A stretch of 57,918 nt of DNA, counting the filler, from Basidiobolus ranarum (Eukaryota), in NCBI GenBank assembly GCA_040143965.1. It is 6 parts of 6 records of this genome, joined end to end, with 100 filler letters (N's around TTAATTAATTAA, not from the genome) between each part and the next. Parts side by side here need not be neighbours in the genome. Positions count along the whole stretch, not along the records: positions 38,695 to 48,260 come from JASJQH010000809.1; positions 48,361 to 57,918 come from JASJQH010000810.1; 4 more parts are not named here. One strand, 5' to 3'. Under the pieces are notes generated by a model. The model ran no database searches. It was not told the DNA's origin and saw nothing but the letters and a program-made list of their open reading frames with translations. Below, in pieces: positions 46,638 to 57,918 of the stretch. The translations under genes and the position numbers were made by a program. The first letter of the stretch is position 1; each line of letters opens with the position of its first letter.

Positions 46638-48029
46638 AGAAGTAGAGTTGTATGTTGACCACGTATATGGCCATTCAATTTTGGAATTCCCCTCTAGTTC
46701 AGAAGTATTCATTGTTTTCTCTGACCACATTATTTCATAGGTATTTTAATCCACCCACTCTAATTTATACCCGACGGCCAGGCACCACTTTTGTTGCCAT
46801 CGGTTTACATGTGCTTGTGGTAAACTGGTAAACTCAGCTCACATCTCCGCACTTTTCATTACTCATCCTAAGACATCTACACTTCACATACACTTCATTT
46901 AAAATAATCATTGTACAATACAATAGATATACACCCATTTCGGACCATATAATATGAATTAAAAACCCGTTAAATACTCCTATACCCATGCACAAAACAA
47001 CGTTGATTTCAGTAAAGTAAGGTGAGAGTGCCATATTAGTTCCAACCGCCGAGTCGTTCCAACATCCATAGTATACGCCATTCTAATGATTTACCGAAGT
47101 AGAAATCAACCCCATCCGAATAATTTTCCATAGGTTGATTGGTGTTGCCGAGTCCATAAGAAAGGCACTAATGAATCCAAATAGGATTTCATGTACTTGA
47201 GTTGATGATGTAAGTTTAATATAAACTATTTCCTTTTTCTTGTTTCTCTTCCATGGTCATATAACCAGATTTGTAATCAATTTTGACTTGTCATCAACGT
47301 ACCCGACCTTCCAGTGGATGGATATTTTGGCCAATTCAAATGTATACAATGCCAATCAATATTGTGTAGAATCTTGGTGTCCAGCAGTCTATGCCAATAC
47401 CTTCCATTCCATACCATACGAGTTATTACCAAGAGATCGCAACCTGTAGACAATAGATGTCTCATCCGAACTAGCCACATGATTAAAATCCCATAGGGTG
47501 GCAATAAGGTTGATTTTTTAGTTACTTTTAGAGAGTATATGGTATATACAAAGTATTTCCTAATATAGAATATTGAGATGAAAGTCTCTTCTAGATCAAC
47601 ATTTCGCTATTTCAGTATGGATCTTGTTTACTTAACTACTTTAGTGGGTGCTATATCACCGAAGTATATAGCTGCTCTGGTACTCATATTATATAATTCT
47701 ACAATGGATATTCATAGGCTGTAAGCTCAAGTCAATTGAATGCATCCATTATTGCTTTCAACCTAATTTGAATATAAATATTACTCAACAAATCAAGAAA
47801 ATCATTCTATTTACTTACAATTAGTGGTATTACTGCTCCCCAAGGGCTCCGAAATATAATGGATTGTTAAAGCATCAATATGACATACCTAAATACTCAT
47901 ATATCTGTTGAAGTGAATAGCATGAACATCTATATAGTCATATACAGCTTAGTATTTAGTTATTCCAAATTGAACTAAGATATCACTCACCATTCTTAAT
48001 AGGAATTTACTCTGAAGATCTATATTTGA

Positions 48030-48260
48030 GAACTTTTAAGTTGGTGCAAATTTTAAAACTTGTGCTAGATACCTCAAATTTTGCACATTTGTTCCATGGA
48101 CCTTCCATAGCACATTCTTTGCACTAGTTTGCTTACATGTTGGTAAAGCTATCAATGTTAACTTTCAACTGAATGAATCAATTAGTGAAGACTACCAATT
48201 TCTCTAATTCTCTAAATCACATCCAACAGACTCCAAGTATACTTTATGAGGCTATGGACC
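48030..48260. repeat. Dispersed non-coding repeat family copy
   Basis: AAACTTGTGCTAGA..TTTGCACAT..AGTTTGCTTACAT..AATTCTCTAAA is reverse-complement similar to ~19880-20070. Confidence 0.7.
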
Positions 48261-48360
48261 NNNNNNNNNNNNNNNNNNNNNNNNNNNNNNNNNNNNNNNN
48301 NNNNTTAATTAATTAANNNNNNNNNNNNNNNNNNNNNNNNNNNNNNNNNNNNNNNNNNNN
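48261..48360. other. Artificial contig linker
   Basis: N44-TTAATTAATTAA-N44. Confidence 0.98.
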
Positions 48361-49356
48361 TTATTTGGATATTGTGACAAGACTCTATCATAAGCCTGTT
48401 TGGCCGATTGATACTGAAAAAATAACTTTAAATTTTTGATCTTTATACAGCATGAACTCTTCTCCAAATTACCTCATTTTGCTGCTCATAAACATGTCCT
48501 ATCTGAAACCAAATGTCGACCTCGGTGAGTGGGCGTGGAGGAGAGCGAAGTATATATTGAAAACACTAGAAGGAAATACGGTGAGTCCGGTAAAAGAGAA
48601 GATACATAATTCAAGTATCTAACCTGCAAGCTTAAATCAAACTTTTGCTGTTGTTTGTATATGATACCAAGACGAAAATAAATTTCATTGGCTTTTTCAA
48701 ATTTGGAGTCCATTCGAAGAACTGCTGAAAATGCTTCTTCCGCATGCTCTAAGGATTGATACCTATCATAGAGTATGCCAATGCCATACCAAAGTTTAGG
48801 CTCCTGCGATAGTTAAATCAGGCTATATCCAAGATGCAGCTTTCAGATTAAGCATAGATGTTTACCTTTGGATTAGGGAGATGATACAAAGCTTGCTGAT
48901 ATGCAGTATAAGCTTTTTGTAAATCATCCATCATCAAGTAACAATGGCCCAGTGCACCCCATATGTCACCATGGTTACCCTCAATATTAAGAATTCTCTG
49001 AAAGTATTCTACAGCCTAAGCGCAACATATTATGTGTTTAAAGAAAGCCAAAATATATCCATATAGTTAGTGAATTCGTTACCTTTGGAAATTGTTCACG
49101 ACTTCTACACAAAGAAGCGATTTGGGTAAGTGCGGAGATAGAGTAGGGATTATGTCTAAGAGTAGCCTCATAAGCGTTCAAGGCTCGATCGTGATCAAGC
49201 ATTAATTCTGCCAAAGCACCTATTTATCAACGTATAGGGATTATTATTCAGTAAAGGAAGAAACTGAGAGGTGTAGTGATTCTAACCGAGTTGTAGCCAA
49301 GTTTGTTCGTTCATAGAAACCAATTTTTGGGAAGCTGTCAATTGCTGTGAAGTCAT
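48361..49356 (-). CDS. SSN6: General corepressor Ssn6/Cyc8 (TPR), 5' part, multi-exon, truncated at the linker
   Basis: NEQTWLQLG..AYEATLRHNPYS..WGALGHCYLMMDDLQKAYTAYQQALYHLPNPK|EPKLWYGIGILYDRY..ANEIYFRLGIIYKQQ..DIWFQIGHVYEQQ. The start codon may lie in an upstream exon. Confidence 0.93.
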
Positions 49357-50799
49357 GTTTGGAGCTGCCCTTACAGCAGGAGATGCGCCGTTGGTAGACA
49401 TTATAGATGAAGTAAAATATCGCGAATATTGACAACTGGAACGCGTTTGACAAAGATTTACAAATTTTTGGGTAGCGACTGCTTAAAGGTATAATTTGAA
49501 AACCAAATAGATGGACGTGAAGGTCAGCCGGGAATGAGGATGGTTAGATTCGAAGCTCAGCTATAACAGATGCAAACTAACGCCAAAGATATTAATGTAC
49601 GATAAAAACTGACAAAACCAATTTGTTAACCAGTCAAAATGACAATACCTCCAGGAAGCTGGTATAGAGGGAAAGAAGAAACAAGTAAGAGAGAAGGGTA
49701 AACGAAAAAAAATAGGCCACAAGTAACGCGCTCGCTGATTGAATTATGGAGTACTAATGAATCTGATCCGAGAATTGGAATATTCTTATTTAAGTTTAAT
49801 CTTCAATTTCAAAATATATATGTGGAGCATTATTTCCAAGGTTGTTTGAGATTCAAGTTGTATTTCAAATATGTTGTAAATGAATATAAATATTTGAGAC
49901 TCCATATCAAGATTAAGCTGTGGCCCTTTAGGCTTAAATGATATGATGAGCAGTATATTAAAAAGGTAATTCAAAATATACAATCCCAACCCACAATGGA
50001 CTAAAATCAAGTTGTCTCTCTTTATGTCACGTTGTTATGGATGTTTCATTTGGGTGGGTCTTGTATTACCTGCTTTGGAGTCATTGAGCTGTTACACAGA
50101 GAAGAGTGCCTTAGTCTGGGCTATATGATCACTATTCGGTGGAAGGAAAATCGGAGACTAACTCGCCACACTAAAATCTGATTGACTAATTACGGCCTGT
50201 AACCTATCTACAACAAATACCATTTGATCTAGCGTCAGATTGGCAGTAATACGATGACGAACCTGATTTACTCAGCCTTCACGCACTACAGACTGAGTCA
50301 CGAAAAGGGGTGAGGGGGTGTAGAAAAGTACCCCTAGAGTAGAGTGGCATGGTCAAAGATTCACTATTACCACGAATCCTTTAGATCACGATTGCAGCAG
50401 TACAGCACCGCTCTTGCCAGTCTACCCAAACGAGGTCATGAGCCCAGCCCCGAGACGTCGCTTTCTTGCTTGTGATGGAATGGATGAAGCTAACTGCCTC
50501 ACAAGATCACATCGTAAATCAACAGGCAATGTAGAAACCAGGCTTAATGCAATTCCAAGCCTGAGCACTATTCTAAGCGATGCCTAAATTGGTTCCAAAA
50601 GTAAGGTAGCAGGAGAGGTTGAAGCGATTATATTAGATTAAAGAGTGTTCATGATCAATCGTGATAATGAGTTTTATGGATTGAGTGTCTACACGATCAA
50701 ATTGTGAGGTGATAAATCACACTGTGTTATATATCTAAATGCTAGTTAATGTATAGGTTTACATGGAGATTTTGAGAACTAAGTGAATGGGTGATGTAT

Positions 50800-51961
50800 C
50801 TATGAGGGCGATTTGTTATTCGCGCCAGAGGGTAGTCCCTTTGACGCGCCAAGGTTTGCCAGTTTATCTGCCATCTCGTTTCCATAAACCCCAGTGTGCG
50901 CACGGATATGTGTCTGTTGGGTAGCCAGCAAAAAGAATGTCTGAGTAATCATACAGCAACATAATTGGTGGATCAAGTACAACATACCCATATAACTTCT
51001 CCTTCACGCTTTTCAACCGCATTATGTAACTCTTCAAATAGGTCTTTGTTTGTCACGCCTTTCCATCCTTTCTTCAGCCATCCATGTACCCAGGAGGTCA
51101 TTGCTTAAAATAGTAGAGATGAGAACTCGTGTAGTTTGTGGGGAATGTACCAAAGAATTGAACCTTACATTGAATTACATAATTACTATCTGTACGAACT
51201 TCTAGCACAGCCTTATCATTGCCACAAGTTTGGATAGCACGCAATGCTGCCGTTATCTCAGCACGCTGGTTGGTTTGTCTTCCAACAAGACGCTCACTTA
51301 CGTTCCTGTATTTGTTACAAGAAAGTAAGAAATTAAAGAACTCATTGAATATAGATTAAGCAAGGTCATCATACCTAGGATCATCATCGCCCCAAAAAAC
51401 GCCTACTCCAGCTCGTGAATTAGCCTGTCCATTTCCACGGCTACTACCATCAGTATAAACTACTAGCTTGCTAGATACTGTGCCATCATTAGATTGGGGA
51501 AATATGCAAAAGGTGTAGTATCAATTATGTGTGCGATGAAAGCCCCTACCCTCTTCTATATCCTCGCTGGCTAGGATTTTCTGCAAAGTTGAATTTTCTT
51601 CTGGTTTCAGAGCTCGTGAGAGCTTATCACGCAGACTACTGGTATCCGCTTCGCTGTCTGAGATTACAGGAGCTGTACTGGTTGTTGGATAAGTTGAAGG
51701 CTTAGTTTGTGCGCTGTCTTGAGATTTATCTCGTGTACAGTTGTCGATGATAGAACCTTTGGTCGTCTCTATTCCTGTGAATCTTTGGCTTGATACTGGA
51801 TTCTGTGGGTTCGAATTTTGTAGAGCAATGTTTCGAAATGCAAGAAACTCGTCCATTGTTATGTAAAATGCCTTTTTATTAAGACTAAACGAACCGAAAA
51901 ACATTCGCTGTAAAAGCCGAGCATCAGTCGCAATTCCTGCCCGCTTAGCAATTTGCAGCAT
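50800..51961 (-). CDS. RNH1: Ribonuclease H1, multi-exon
   Basis: After intron 51549-51478: VVYTDGSSRGNG..AGVGVFWG, QTNQRAEITA, VRTDSNYVI, WLKKGWK..NKDL, HIRAHTGVYGNEMADKLA. Confidence 0.9.
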
Positions 51962-52344
51962 TATAGAGACGAAGTTTGAGATATTTCATTTTTCGTAAAC
52001 TTCATAGTTTTTAGTAGTCCCCTTTAAGAACGATAGGTTTGCTCAACCCCCAAATCAGATTCAAGAAAATTTTAATCTCTCATATCCCCTGTGTTCAATT
52101 TGTTAAATCAATCCTTTAAGCATGAATATAATCTAACTTAAAGTATAAGTTATATATCCATCATTACTTCGAAGAGAGAGATGACTTTCCCTGTGATCGT
52201 GATTTTAAGTAGCAAATCATATAGCATAACACTGAGTGAGTCGAGTTAAATCAAATCTATTATAAAGCATCAAGTTTACGCGCCTTGTTACCCTTTCTTT
52301 CAACTAACCTCAACCCATTACTTTTATTTTGCTACCTGTCTCAA

Positions 52345-53812
52345 ATGGAAGCAACTGACAACTCCAATATCCTTGATATGTCTCTTGAAGACATGATCAA
52401 GACTGATAAAAAGCGTAGAGGAGGGAATTCTAACTCTAAATCCAATAAGAGAAGTGAGCGCGGTAATAGCAAAAATCGCCCTACTCCTTATTCACGTCAA
52501 GTAATAGACGAATATTGTGTAGAATTACTTCTTCCTCGATTAACATACTGCATTCCTTCCAACAGAAGCCTCGTCGTAACGGCAACAATGGTGGCCAGTG
52601 GACTCATGATTTATTTGATGGCAACAATCAAACTGTCACTGCTGATCTTCGTGCAAATGACACCTCTACTTTTAGAAAAATTCAGGTCGCCAACCTCCAT
52701 TATGAAGTGACCAAACAAGACCTTGAGGTTAGTTACTCTTATCTGAGCAGCTTAGTTGAAGATAGTAATAACTCTATGTGGTATTATATAGGAATTATTT
52801 TCAACTGTAGGCCCTTTGAAGAATGTACATGTTAATTTTGATGCTGCTGGAAGATCTACAGGCATCGCCAAGATACAATTCGAGTCTCCTGCCCATGCTG
52901 CCCAGGCAATTCAGCAATATAACAACGTCACCCTTGATGGTAAATTACCTCTAAATTTAAAAATTAAGCAGTGCGGCTTTTTAAAATTGTACAAATGAAT
53001 AGGGAAGCCTATGGTAATTGTTTACGCTCCCCTTGGTAGAGGATCTTCTGCTCCTCAATCGTCCGTCCTGAATCGTCTCGGTGATGTCTCCAGAAAGTAT
53101 GTTCTTTTTCTACCCATCCATTTCTATGGCATCAAGGCCACTCTTCGGGTACTGTTTTGTCCCACGTAAACGTTGCCTCTTCAAAGCTCTTTACGGTCGC
53201 ATCATGAAAGACAAGTGGTATATGGTATTAAGAACAGATCAATACACCAGTCTTTATGTTTTCATAACAATGTTCCATTGGATGTCTTGGTTTTTTGTAT
53301 ATGAAACTCATAGCAACAAAACCGAGCACAGGGAATTTAAGTATGAGAAAGGCTACGTATTTGTTTTGTATAATAGACGGAGTGTTTGGGAGAAGACGAT
53401 ATTTACGAGGGATCAACTTTTCTCCGAAAAGCCAGGCAGTTGGGGTCACTTTTAAATTAGACAACAGTTCTTCTACCGAAACAGTTTATTTATTTTTACA
53501 ATACTCAATCGAACAATTACTTCTCTCTAACTATGGGAAACTTATCATCAACATCATAGTGGCTCTAATCGATCCGGTAACCATCGTACACGACGTGGCC
53601 CAAGAAGAGATGCTAAACGTGACAACAGTGCTAAATCCCAACCACGTCCCAAACGCGACCCAGCCAGTAGGGACGATTTGGATGCAGAATTAGATAGTTA
53701 CATGCAGGTTGACAATGGGGCAAGTGTTTTGAATGCAATCTAATCCCATCACCGATATTCTGCATATTAATATGGTCCCCCTTCTCCTTAACAGGTTACC
53801 ATGCAAGAGTAA
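52345..53812 (+). CDS. YRA1: mRNA export adaptor YRA1/ALYREF/Mlo3 (RRM, N- and C-terminal UBM boxes)
   Basis: LDMSLEDMIK N-box, QWTHDLF, RRM (VANLHYEVTKQDLEELF..FDAAGRSTGIA..YNNVTLDGKPM), DLDAELDSYM C-box. Long intron 53097-53559. The last intron is probably GC-AG 53720-53794; if unspliced, the stop is at ~53742. Confidence 0.88.
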
Positions 53813-55937
53813 GAAAGTTCGAGATCCACATTTTATATCTTCGCATTTCTATTATGTCCTATTTTATTTCGTATGTTGATTCTTGAAAGGACACCATCGG
53901 AAGAATACCGTCGATGCTAAGGTCTCTGTATCTTCAACATTTCTCTGTTCTATTTTATCAATTTGCTCTTGTACACCTATTAGTATTTAAATATGTCGCT
54001 TCGACTATAAATTCGTTGAAAATTGATCAATACATTTGCGCCTTCAGTGAAGCGAATTACCAAGGACAAAGTTGCAACAGGTTGGTTATGGATTAGACAC
54101 AGCGGAATTTCGGAATATTCTCCATAACAGGGGTAGTGGAATCATCAGCCGCATTGTGGGCCACTTCATACCAGGTGCATGATATTGTCCTCAGGTACAC
54201 CGCTCTCTGTAACGGTGCTTCAAGTACTTGGGAAGCATGTGATATCACAGATACATCGGAAATGCTCTGTGTTTGGTATACAATCATGAGACGAAATTTG
54301 AGCAAATTCTGTTGATAGCTGACAAGAGATGTTCTTCTATTGGAGATTTCATTATGTATTCCAAAAATATAGAGACATCATTCATTGTACGTATTGCCCA
54401 TACTAGTACCTTGAACTAAATGAGATACGTTCGCCAATCTAGTCGGATTGGTTGTAGTCGCAGATTATTAATGACATGGTGAATTTTTGCGCTAGTGTAT
54501 CTATCTGAAATTCTAGAGATATTGAGGTCACTTTTTTCTCAAGACGAACTTTTCTCCCTCTTAATGCTATAGCAATTGGCACATAGAATATGAATACCCT
54601 TTCTTTCGTGCTTCTGGAATGAGTTTGATATACACAGTTGTATGGACCATAAAAGCAATTAACAAGTGAGATCCAGCTCTATATGACACGACTCGTAAAG
54701 GTTAAAGAAAGTCACTTCATGCAAGGAGATCAAAAGCCAGTCAAAGAAGTCACTTAACTCGACGAAAACAAACGATAAAAAGGCCAAGGGGTGTAGGGTT
54801 GGCATCGAATCGGACCTGGGGCAGATATCTACCCACCACAAATAGTTCAAGTCTATATACAAAAAAAAAGCCTTCATTCAAAGTGAATCCTGAAGACAAG
54901 ACACCAAACACTAAATGAACGCGAAGAATCGTTTGCCTAAAGATGTTGATGATTGGACCTAAACTCAGGAGGTCGACAAATACTCGATGATATGGTTTAT
55001 TTATAAACCAGAATTCCTTTCCCAAATAACGTCAATTTATTCTAAATTATCCATGAAACAAATAAACGGTAGTTTTGATCGCGTACCTCTTCTAGTACGG
55101 GGGTTATTCCCAAAGATCAATCACTTGAATCGAACAACATACCAATTGGTTCTCATCTGCCAAAGGAGTCGATTTTGTTGAAGGCTACACTAAATATAGA
55201 GGGAGGAAAGGAATAGCATCTTACCCGACGTTGCTACCTCACACAAGAAATATGTCAATGTTCTTTTGTCTCTTACAACAGAAAAGTAAAATCCATAGCC
55301 TGATTCTAAATATCGGTAAGCTCTCATCCGAGCATATACAGTCATCCACCTCAAGAGACCTGGTGAAAAATGTTCCATGGTATGAACTAACACCATGAGA
55401 ACTTATGTTGATTCTAGTGCAGAACTCGCCATATCCACCAGAAAGATATAATATGTGAGGTTGGCGAGATATGGGGTGTTGGCAAGACATCGGTTTGAAG
55501 TAAAGTTTTATTGAAAGCTGTTCGTGATGCATAATATTGAATCAAAATAAGTAGATGTGAATTAAAGTGGACTTTGCATGAGTGAGACTAGGGTAAGCTT
55601 CGAATTAAGGCTGGTTGTCGTAAGGAATACAAGAGTTGGTCCGGATATTTCAAGCAGTGAAGAAACTCGGCAATATGTCGGGAATATATGTCAACTTTAA
55701 CCAACCCTTGATGGATGGAATTTCTACAGAACCTACAGTTGGGTGGTAAGGAAAATTCCCCAAACCGGATATGACCCACAAAAATGTCGAAAAATTGCAA
55801 AGTTGGATAACAAAATGTATGAGACACAAGGGAAATTAGATGTAAGAAAAGAAAATTTAACACATAGAAAACCCGGTCAAGAGATGGAAAATGTTACAAA
55901 GTAAATATAAGGTTGAAACAATTATGTATATCGAATC

Positions 55938-57918
55938 TTAAAAGTGTTGCAGCATTCCATTCAAACATTCTGAGCAAAGGCAGAATGGTATGACCATTTC
56001 CGGTGGGTTGGTCGCCACTGAATATCTCTTGGAGGCTCGTGTTTTCGATGAATTCGAAATAAAGTACAAGTCTGGATTTTCCGAGTCTCCGTTGCTTCTC
56101 ATCATACTCAAATTACTTGGTGTCCCAGGGGGAAGAGTAGATACTTCAGAAGTACTGCTCAGTAGCAATGAACTCACATCACGACGTCTGATATGTACCC
56201 TAGAAGTATTTCTGCGCTCAAGGACGGAAAACGGGCGAACTCGTGTTGGTATACTCAACGATGGGGAGCTTAGATTGGCAGCCAATGTGGCTGAGGTTGA
56301 TACAGATTCGGGGCTTGCCATGACTTCGGCCGAAGGATTTGTGTGTTCGTCCAGAGGGAACCGGGTGATGGCGAAAACCGTAGGAACAGATAAACCGCGT
56401 CTGCGTCTTCGTTCTCTGCGTGCAGATGCGGTGATCTGATCTTGAGTTAGATCCGAGGTATTGTTGTTTTCTTGATGTTGGACTTTTCCACGAGTGGTGG
56501 CTGAACGGCGAATCGAATGATGAATCCTTTGTAACTGTGTACCGGCTCTTGACAAAGTTCGGTTCACTTTCGTCCCAATATTTCCGGCTTCTACATCTTC
56601 TGGTTTCGAATTTTTCAAGAAATCGTGTAACGTCTCGGAATTACGACGACTACGTCTTGCAACCTTATATGTGTATTTGGCTGCGCCTTCCACCGAAGAT
56701 AGCTCGTCTTCATCCGATGAGGAGTCTCCATTCCGCAGGATGCTTTTAAATGAAACGGTGGGTTCACGTGGGATCAGCTTGCCAAATGGCTCAACCTACA
56801 AGAGAGGACATATGAATAGGCGAAACACAAAGCATTAGCATACATGGACTTTACCCTAGGCGCTGGCCCAGATTGCCTAGATCCCTCTGGGTTAGAAGTT
56901 TTAAGGAACTCGTACAAAGTTTGTGACCGTTTCAGCACAGGTGTGTAGTGTTCGTTCAACGAATTTGGGCTACTCATGGTACTGGATTCTCCTTCATCAG
57001 ATTGCTCCTCCATAATATCCATTTTTTTGTGTATGGAATCTCGAGGCTTCAAGTTGTTTAATCGTCTGCGCGACTAGAATCATTCAGACATCAATGTCTC
57101 GTTAGGTTCAAAGTAGGTCAAGTATACTATATAGCTCGACTTACCTCAATCGATCTCAATCGTTGAGTAGTTAAAGAAACACGCTGAGTGGAATCTGACT
57201 CCAATAGTTCTTCAAACTCGAAATTCTAGCAATGTGGTAAAGGTCAATATTCGAAGGTATATGTACTCATGCGAGCGATTCACAAAATCACTTTGGTATA
57301 CAGAAAGTGCATGCTATTTTACCTTTTTGTTTTTGTCCATCTCTTCCAACGCTGAGCCATTCACAGACACTACCGAATCAGCTAAAGTGGCCTCATCTGA
57401 AGCAGTCACTGAGGGTATAAAACGAAAATACTCTGCCTTGGGGGAGGCAGGGCTTAATTCGTCTGAAGATTGATGTGAAGGGTTGGATGGAGGCTTTGGT
57501 GGCCATGGTTCGACAATGTCCTTCTTTCCACGCTTGAGGAAAGTAGGAATAGAGGTAAACAACTTTGCTCCCGTGAATTTCCCTTTAGCGAAGGGCTTCT
57601 GTTCAGCCACCTCGATTCGACTCTGGATCAAGGTGATAGGATTGGATACTTGAGAAATGTTTTCTGAATAGAGAGGGTGAGTTTTACTAACTAGGGACTT
57701 ATGACTGAGCGATATAACTTACCTAATGAAAATGGGTGCTCCCGTTTTTCTAGAAGGCTTAATCGGTTATTATCTTTACATTTAAACCCTAGTTTTCTCT
57801 ATATTCGTTATGGTTGAATTGACGCGTGAATAGGTTAATAACGAGTAAGCGATCGATATTTCAATAAACTCTTCACCTCCAGTTTTTTTCTTAGATCCAT
57901 TTTCATAAAGACATCCTT
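55938..57918 (-). CDS. Multi-exon hypothetical Ser/Arg-rich protein (joins ORFs 57314-57631, 56774-57052, 55938-56693), 5' end beyond the window
   Basis: GT-AG introns join the frames: EMDKNKK|NFEFEELLESDSTQRVSLTTQRLRSIE|SRRRLNNLKPR..GPAPR|VEPFGK. Repeated motif TL(Y/H)(E/D)FLK(T/N)SxPE. Confidence 0.65.

Noticed and set aside
9580-48360. Regularly spaced TTAATTAATTAA palindromes as a biological repeat or CRISPR-like array
   Set aside because: They are embedded in N runs and are a six-frame-stop assembly linker.
50800-51477. RNase H as part of a retroelement
   Set aside because: It has spliceosomal introns, normal CpG content, an intact frame and no RT or integrase nearby, so it is a host gene.
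53081-53693. ORFs 53081-53455, 53228-53464 and 53295-53693 as independent genes
   Set aside because: They lie in the YRA1 intron or overlap its exons out of frame, and have no recognisable domain.
53780-53794. TCCTTAAC as a second U12 branch site
   Set aside because: No RTATCCTT 5' splice site upstream, and the motif is too close to the AG. It fits an ordinary U2 GC-AG intron.

Overview
Eukaryotic (fungal) genomic DNA, probably from an early-diverging lineage. Basidiobolus/Zoopagomycota-like is my inference from the combination of an AT-AC minor intron, XPO4, BTG, multiple 7TM-RGS genes and an NRPS. The window is not one locus. It is six contigs of about 9.56-9.58 kb, sorted by decreasing length and joined by artificial 100-nt N44-TTAATTAATTAA-N44 linkers, so adjacency across linkers is meaningless. 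Contig 1: degenerate repeat DNA plus the 3' part of an intronless NRPS ending C-A-T-E-TE. Contig 2: exportin-4 5' end, a phosphoglucomutase broken by a short deletion/frameshift, a coiled-coil protein, CsbD-like and WrbA/Pst2-like stress genes, and a Copia remnant. Contig 3: RPS7, LSM12 with a clear U12-type AT-AC intron, an alpha-acetolactate decarboxylase and a 7TM-RGS gene. Contig 4: a nest of degenerate Ty1/Copia elements with four ~350-bp LTRs and an RT-splitting inversion. Contig 5: hexokinase-like 5' end, BTG/Tob and a second 7TM-RGS. Contig 6: Ssn6/Cyc8 5' part, RNase H1, YRA1/ALYREF with an unusually long, hairpin-rich intron, and a hypothetical protein. Best leads are the E-TE NRPS, the in-frame stop-free AT-AC intron in LSM12, the structured YRA1 intron and the Copia inversion. 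All calls were made by eye from motifs; no database searches were run.
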